A stretch of DNA of 64,000 bases, from NCBI GenBank assembly GCA_963693365.1, contig CAVNZM010000005.1, positions 4,029,716-4,093,715 on the forward strand, given 5' to 3'. The notes under the pieces are model-generated. The model searched no databases, was not told where the DNA came from, and saw only the letters and a list, made by a program, of their open reading frames with translations. Position numbers and translations under genes: made by a program. Within the stretch, counting starts at the first letter, position 1, and each line of letters starts with the position of its first letter. Source of the DNA: Amoebidium appalachense (Eukaryota > Protista > Ichthyosporea). Shown piece by piece: positions 56,718-64,000 of this stretch.

Positions 56718-57554
56718 GTCATACACACGTACATGTATGGCATATCCCACAGTGGCTGAGACGGTGTGTTGAAAAAAGAACCGGCTGCTTGTGTTTGTGT
56801 CTCTCATGTCTATTTTTGGTGGCGGTCCCTGAACCCGTCGACGCGCCGAACCACATGTGGCACGCGGTCGACGGTCGCTACTGTAACACTGTCACGTGAT
56901 TCGGTTAACGTTATCATGGGAGCCAGTTGCGGGGGATTACGAAAAAAAATCGTCGTAATTACGATTAACGAAAGACCCCGATACAAATAAGGTTAGGGTG
57001 CCGTCGTAACAGCTTTAAACGTATCAGATGTATAGCATTATAAACGCTTTAAGGCCCCCTAATATTTAACTGTACCTATTTTCTTCAATATTTCTGTTCA
57101 AGAACATATCTACAGCGATTCTCATGAGCAATATCGAACCCCGACAAGTGTCCAGGGCATGCTTCTGTTCTTCACAGTGGAGGAGGAGCTGGGAGGGAAA
57201 TGGGGCTTAAGTCTGCAAAAACAGTTGGGGTCCAGAGGGAAAACCGGGGGGAGGGGGGAGGGAGGGGAGGGGGGGGGAGGGGGGGGGGGGGGGGGAGGTG
57301 GAGGGGGGGGGGGGGGGGGGGGGGGGGGAGGGGGTACTGGGGGGGCGGGAGGGTGTAAGAGCCGCTAAATCAAGTGTAGGCAATCACTCTCCTCTCTTGG
57401 GCCTACTCCCCATACCGCTTAATAGAAAACACACCGAAGAGCAAATCGCGCATTTTGACAAAACACCCAGCAACACCCTTTTCGTGCTACCATACGAGTT
57501 CCCTCATCCCTCGAACCCCCAAGCCTTCAACATCCCCCCTCCGCGGCCCCCCCA

Positions 57555-57675
57555 GTTCTCCGTTGAGGATGGGTTCTGTTTATGATGCATCCTTTGTGTG
57601 TCTGCGATATCCGCATTGTGTTGTCCGTTGTGAACGTGTTATTTGCACTCTGTAACACATTCCTACCTCCCTACT
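57555..57675 (+). mobile_element. Degenerate copy of the dispersed repeat family
   Basis: tgaggatgggttctgtttatgatgcat..gcattgtgttgtccgttgt..acacattcctacc parallels 3915-4020. Confidence 0.6.
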
Positions 57676-57891
57676 CTCCACCACCTCCTGACCCCCTTTG
57701 ATTTTCTCTCCAAACCCTCCTGCAACACAAAGATGTGTTCGCAAGCGCACACCATCCGTATTACCAACACACACATGCACAGGAAATGCGTGTTCATACG
57801 GCATGCAGTAGGCACACCGCATACACACGTCATGTCCCAGTCATCCATTAGCACTTACACTAAACTAGCCGCTCCTAACAAACAAATACAG

Positions 57892-58161
57892 GTGCCCAAC
57901 CTGAAGAACATCCTCAATGGCATCAGCAGAGAACGTCATCGTGCCATGTTAGATGAACTTCGTGTATGGAGGCGAGCACTAATTTTCAGCCGCAAAAACC
58001 CCACCCCGAGAGATGCTTTCGAGGGGGTTTTATTAATTTTCAACCGCAAAAACCCCACTCCGAGAGATGCTTTCGAGGGGGTTTTATTAATGCTGTGGCA
58101 GAGGCGGCACTACATGAGATACGAAGACCCCGTGATAGAACCCTTTACGTTGATAGTGTAA
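57892..58161 (+). pseudogene. Orphan terminal exon of a GT47/exostosin-family glycosyltransferase with internal 54-bp duplication
   Basis: A ctaac branch point and cag acceptor precede VPNLKNILNGISRERHRAMLDELRVWRRALIF..P..RDAFEGVLLMLWQRR, which resembles the GT47 C-terminus (IPNLKxIL..I....M....DAF.....LW.RR). No upstream GT47 exons were recognised before the preceding gene. Confidence 0.6.
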
Positions 58162-58349
58162 TAATTCCTTGGCCGACTTAGGCTACTGCACTTGCATATA
58201 CTGGCCTCATCGCACATAGACCCCCCCAAGCGAATTTTCATTCCCCTCCCCCCCCCCCCCCCGTTCCTAGCCAACTGTTTCAGTAGCATTGTATTGTGGT
58301 GGTAGGATTAACCAACATGGTGATCACATACACGACCATCCCCCCCTTC

Positions 58350-58402
<53 letters not shown>

Positions 58403-59082
58403 ACCCCCACTCCCCCGGGGGGCAGGGGCGCCCATGCGCTGAGGACGGATTTCGAACCGTTTCGGTCACAAATCTGGCTATTGGGATTATTGCTATTGTA
58501 AATGCTGGCGTTACTGCATAGTTGTATTGTTACTGTTGTTTTTTGGTATTTAATAACATACCCTGATATTCAAACAAAATTTTAAATTGCATGAAAGGGG
58601 TGTAAATTCTCATCGTAAACTTTAATTAATATACTGAACTGCAAGACTGTCGCATTGCCTCGGTTACTGCTTCTTCTTTCGTCGTTTTTTTTTATTCTTT
58701 TAACGAACGTAACACATGTGTAACGTTCGGATGTAACCACATACACCAACCATTAAATGCGCAGACTTAGCCATCAATATCATAGACATGCATACGTGTA
58801 TAATAATCTCGCCTGATTCTGTATACATCACGGTATTTTGAAATCTAGGCTATTAATAGTTACTATATTAGGCCGTATTTAAGTCATCTCCGTGTTGTTG
58901 TGGTTGATTCATGAAAGGCCCCAGCAATATAGGAGTTGACAAAAGGGTCCCTAATTAAGGCTCGACTTTTATAACTTTTGTAACTTGGGCCAAAAACCTT
59001 TAGCATGAAGATGTGTGCCTGCATGTGTGTGTGTGTGTGTGTGTGCGTGTGCGTGTGCGTGTGCGTGTGGGTGTGTGTGTAG

Positions 59083-59117
<35 letters not shown>

Positions 59118-60048
59118 ACCCACCCACCCACCCACCCCAACACACACTTACACACGTGTACACACACAAACACACACACACACAGAACTCATTACACATC
59201 CACCTACATGCATATGCATTAAACCACCACGGTGACCGCCGCCACTAGAGAGGACAAATCAAATAGGTTTACAGGCAGCATAATGCACAGGCTTTCTTTA
59301 ACAATGCGATCTATATTAAGTTAACTTTTTTTGAATGTGCGTGTTTGTTCAGCAGCTGCAAGATGGAGCCCCCCCTTCGAAGGATATCCCATGCTAGATA
59401 TAATGCGAATTTAAATGTAATGATTGAATTGAGATAGAGCTAGCTGTATTTACGTAATGTATACATAACTGACAAGGCTTGTGATAGGTGTAAGAGTACT
59501 TTTAAACTTCTTGCCACCAAACGACGGAGTAATTATAATAACGTAAGGGAGCATACATACAGTCGTACTAATGATCATGATCATTATCATGAAGCCTTTC
59601 GAAGTGGCATTACACCTTATGAAAGCATTGTAACTTAATAAGCTAAAAAAAATCACTTCACACAAAACCAAGTGAGTACACATGTCATGCAATGGTGACA
59701 TTCATACTTACATAGAGGAAGACCTCGTACCTATCACCTAGAAACCAACAGCTTTAAGAAATCAAGGCGAAAGCTCAGAAGAGACCATCGAGCATGCCGG
59801 TACATACGAGCATCATATTCAACTGCAAACATTCAACTTTAAACTCTTGATCCCAACCTTTATCTAAAAAAAAAAAAAAAAAGGAAAAAAAAAAAAAAAA
59901 AGAGCAAAAAGAAATAAGGAAAGGAAGGTCGACAGTAAAGAGGAAAAAAAAAAAAAAAAAAAAAAAAAAAATAAAAAAAAATAAAAAAATAAATAAAAAT
60001 TCAAATCCATCGGCAGGGCCCACACATTAAAAAAACACATTCACAGGA

Positions 60049-61395
60049 TTATTCACTATCCCCAACAGCCAAATCGTCCCTCCACACCACCTTCAAAGCA
60101 TCACTGATCATTTTCTGTGCAATTTCAATTTTCGCCCCAAACCCCACCAACCTATAGTGTGCAGGGAGAACCGGCCCTTCCCACACAGCCCTTGCCATGC
60201 CAGCATCCAAATTTAGCCCCCCCAACTGCTCTAAATTTTCAGGCACAACCTTTTCTCCTTCTCCGTTCACGCCCCCTACTTCTGTTTTATCTCCATCACT
60301 TAAACCCCCCTTCCAGATAGATCGAAAATTTGGCAAAACCCCAATCTCCTGGGCGATGGAATCAGCCAACCCAACATAATCCCCATGCGGAAACTGGGGT
60401 CTTGGCTGTCTCTCGCGAATTTCAATTTCTTCCTTGATCCCCCGCTCAATATTTTCCGGCGGAGGTGGGGGGATTTTTCCTGCCCACACCATACACGCCC
60501 ACCTTGCCTGAAGCTCCATAACAGCAAAATAGGGCCCACGGTATAACCCGGCAAAGGCGAGGTTCGCGAGCGAGGGCGTGGGGAAGGTGCACTTGTGCAA
60601 AAGTAGGGGTTGGAGTTGGTCGTAGGGTTCGAAACCCAATTTGTCGAGAATATCCCGTGAGAAAAACGGAAGAGATAGTGTATATCCCGTACACAGAACC
60701 ACCGCGTCAATACCGACTTCAGTAACCGGCCCCATTTCCCGGGGTTCGATATTCCCATTTTCTTTGTGCGAATCGATTTCGCCGTTTGCAATTGTGCTTG
60801 CTGTTTTTCCTTGAGATTGGTCCTGGCTGGAAGGATGCGGCTCAATAGCAACTAAGTGTTGCCTAAATCCCTTGATCTTTCCACGCAAAACCTGGATCCG
60901 TCCTGAGGAAATTTTCTGTAAATACGTGTCCGAAACGGCCGTGTACATTGGGCTATCCCCGGTTGTATCCATTTTCAGCGCAGGAGATATTTCCCCCGGA
61001 TTTCCCAGGAGTGATTCGAAAAAAAGTGCCCGTTTTCGCGCCGCTTCTGCCGAGGGAAGAAGAGAAAGAGCATACCTGTTCTTGCGGGCATAGAGCGCTA
61101 GATCCAGGGGGATATTCTTGATGTGCTTCGGTAACACCTGTGTGTGTGTGCATGTGTGTGGCGCGCATGTGTTTGCGTGTGTGTGTCGAGGGGGAAGGGG
61201 GGGGGGGGGGGGGGGGGAAACTCGGTCACGCAATGCAGACAATAAAAAGTGTAACGACACACCAGGTGAAATAAACTGCATGAAATGACGGGAAAAGGAG
61301 GAAGGGGTTGCTCTGTTACCATATCCCGGTATCTTGAAGGGAAGGGACGGGTGTTTGTGTGTGTGTGCGTGTGTGTGTGTGTGTTCAATAGTGGT

Positions 61396-61448
<53 letters not shown>

Positions 61449-61537
61449 GGGGGAGAGGGGGGCCAGGAGATGAGGCATGGTGATGGTACCTACTGGAGGG
61501 GGTGTGGGTGGGTGGGTGGGTGTATGTGTGTGTGTGT

Positions 61538-61569
<32 letters not shown>

Positions 61570-61733
61570 TGGCGGGAGGGTAAGGGGGGATATATACTTG
61601 CAAGAAAGGGAGGAATAGGGGGCCCAGAGGTGCAGAGGAGGTGCATGTGAAGGTATAAGTTGCAGGTGATGAAGAAAAATGGGCGAGACAGTGGGCAGGG
61701 AGTGAAAGTCAAAAGAAGCTTTATTTGGGAGGG

Positions 61734-61766
<33 letters not shown>

Positions 61767-63154
61767 AGGCCTCAGTCAGTGGCAAACTTTAAAGCAAAGA
61801 TTACGATGAAACCACAAAGTTGCAGTCAAAACAATTTGTGTAAAAAAAGAATTTTTGCAGGCAGAAGGTCCTTGAATAGAGCCAAATATAGCCCATCATG
61901 ATTGATTTCCTATGCCTCGGTACAAGAACGGGTTTCAACCCTTCAATCGAACTCTCGCGCATGGCTCCCAACCCATCAATTACTTGGGCGCAAAGGAGGG
62001 GGGGGGGGGGGGGGGGGAAGGGCGGGGGGAGGGGAGCCGGGGGGGGGAGGGGGGATGGGGCGGGAGGGGGGACGGGGGCTGGCTTCTCATCGTTTGAAAT
62101 TTCTAACGTGAGATGTCCTAGAAAAAAGGAGTTAGGAACAAGGGTCAAAGAAAGATGTTGCCGGAGGGAACTTTTTTTGGGGGGGGAAGGGGGAGGGGGA
62201 AAGGGGAGGGAGGGGAGGGAGGGAAGGAGGGAGGGGGAGGGGGGAGGGGGGGGGGGGGCAGGAATAAAGGGAGCGAGGGAGGGATGGGGGGGGGAGGGAG
62301 GGAGCGAGGGAGGGAGGGAGGGAGGGAAAGAGGGAGGGAGAGAGGGAGGTGGGGGGAGAGAGTGGTGGGGCAAGAGAGAGAGCTGCAACAGGGAACCAAG
62401 AGGACTAGCGGAAGAGCTAATAAATGAGAATGGAAAACATGACGGGTGGAAAGGAGAAACCCACCCACACAGGCCTGTGTATGTGATGGTACGTTTCCTC
62501 AGCCGTCTCAGCAACCTCAGCTGCAACTTCAATCCCACTGAAGGAACCCCCCACCATCATCACCCTCTTTCCAGTGAACTCATCCGGCCGCCTGTATGTG
62601 TGGCTGTGGATGACTTTTCCTTGGAAGTTGGACAGTCCAGGAAGTTTGGGTGTGTGCGCACTCGAGAAGATCCCAGTAGCAACTAAGACACAGTCAAAGT
62701 GCTCTTCGTGCGTCTGTCCATGTTGCTCGTTTTCGTTTACATCCTCGTTTGCAAGCACATCTGAAGCCGTTGAAAAGGTGATCGTATCCTTTCCCCCCTC
62801 TCTCCACTGCACCACCCATCCATGCGTGTTTTGCTCAACCTGGACCACACGGCTATGGAAACGTATGAAACGTGTAAGACCAAAACTCTCAGCGTAACTT
62901 CGCAGATAGCCATACACTTGACTGCGGTGTGGAAAGTTGGGTGTGCTTTTTTCCCAAGGGAAATCAGAAAAACAGCACGTATGTTTTGACAAGTTTGTAG
63001 TCATGCTCTCCCACGTAAACCCCTCTTGTGGGTCCCACACGCCTCCCAAGCGACCGCGCGCCTCAAAAACAGTTGGCATAAAGCCGCATTCTAACGCTGC
63101 TTTACAAGCTGCCAGGCCACTTGGGCCGGCCCCAATTACTGCTACCCGTTTCAT
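60049..63154 (-). CDS. Flavin-containing monooxygenase (class B FMO), ~592 aa, 2 exons
   Basis: Exons 63154-62465 and 61137-60049 join as HRPVW|VLPK. Motifs: VAVIGAGPSG (FAD), LGGVW, VATG, FQGKVIHSHTY (FMO fingerprint), VGGSFSG (NADPH), DAVVLCTGY, ELQARW. Confidence 0.93.
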
Positions 63155-63523
63155 GATTTCTCATGTCCTTCTCCTTGTCTCTGTGGTGTGTGCGTGTGTG
63201 TACGTGTGTGCGCGTGCATGTGCGTGTACAATAGGGCGTACATGCCGCTGCGTAGGCTGTGTGTCACTGATATCAGTGCATCATGTACTTGCAAATGTGG
63301 CTCACAGCTGAGCCTACCGAAGGGCCTTACCATGTCAGAAAAAGGGCGGGAAGAGGCGGGAAACCTAAACCACCGTGTCAAACGTAAGTTTTTGGTTGTC
63401 AAACGAGCGGCTGTATATGTAACTTGTCACTTTTCGTTGTGTAGAGGCAAAGGAAAGGGGGAAGCTTTGTGTATCTGCGGCAGAGACGGGTTTCTGGGGC
63501 ATCGACCATTGACAGCAGACAAC
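63155..63523. promoter_or_regulatory. Putative bidirectional promoter between the FMO and the downstream gene
   Basis: Divergent ATGs 370 bp apart. Confidence 0.45.
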
Positions 63524-63951
63524 ATGGGTCGCAAAAGGAAGATTGGGGCCAAGAAGACGGGTGAACATGTAGCTGTGATGGAAGTGCAGGAGACACCACA
63601 GGCAGGTGAAGACGGTAAGGCGTTTGTTTTATGAAAAGGTTGCCTTGTTCGTAACTCCGCACTAGCCCATAATACATAGCCAAGACACGGATCCCCCCCC
63701 CCCCCCCCCCCCTCCCCCCCCCTCTCCCTGTCCCGCTCCCCTCCTCCCCTCCCTCCCCCGCTCCCCTCCCCCGGGGCCCCTTTATCAAATTCTAACATTG
63801 CGTCTCTTGCCAAGATGGGGAGGGAAGTCAAGGCACTGATGGGGATCTTGCAGTGTTTGAGGTCTCAGAGCACCTGCTCAGGTTGCTTCTGGAGCTCCAT
63901 TACAGCAGAGTGCCCAGCAACCCGTGTTATGCAGCAGATAGCATCATGCGG
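63524..63951 (+). CDS. First two exons of an unidentified gene that continues beyond the window
   Basis: 63524-63614 (MGRKRKIGAKKTGEHVAVMEVQETPQAGED, gtaagg donor) and 63854-63951 (VFEVSEHLLRLLLELHYSRVPSNPCYAADSIMR, gtatgt donor); phases match. Confidence 0.65.
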
Positions 63952-64000
63952 GTATGTTGGCAGTGTGTGGCTCCATTACCTGTGTCAATAAAGCAAATCC

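Noticed and set aside
61860-61985. Extra FMO exon (VIDGLGAMRESSIEG...)
   Set aside because: No in-frame AG acceptor, and the direct join HRPVW|VLPK gives the expected FMO motif.

Overview
Intron-dense eukaryotic genomic DNA; the animal-like PRPS C-terminus and BICDR-like motif suggest a unicellular holozoan or similar opisthokont (inference). Introns are packed with poly(G)/poly(C) runs and (CA)n/(TG)n microsatellites, which explain almost all long ORFs in the supplied track. By joining GT..AG exons by hand with consistent phases I recover: the 3' half of a PRPP synthetase (+); a ~690-aa coiled-coil protein with a BICDR/BICDL-like C-terminus (+, 13 exons); PAM16/Tim16 (+); a ~910-aa bacterial-type, probably mitochondrial alanyl-tRNA synthetase (-, 29 exons); an RS/RD-rich protein (+); an orphan GT47/exostosin-like terminal exon; a one-intron flavin-containing monooxygenase (-); and the start of an unknown gene (+). 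Non-coding content includes two inverted-repeat-bounded MITE-like elements, a dispersed ~150-200 bp family ending in C(n)-A(n), a telomere-like minisatellite, several tandem repeats, short duplications of splice-acceptor sequence and a candidate Sm-site ncRNA. No CRISPR array, rRNA or tRNA was recognised. All protein family calls are from remembered motifs, not from database searches.
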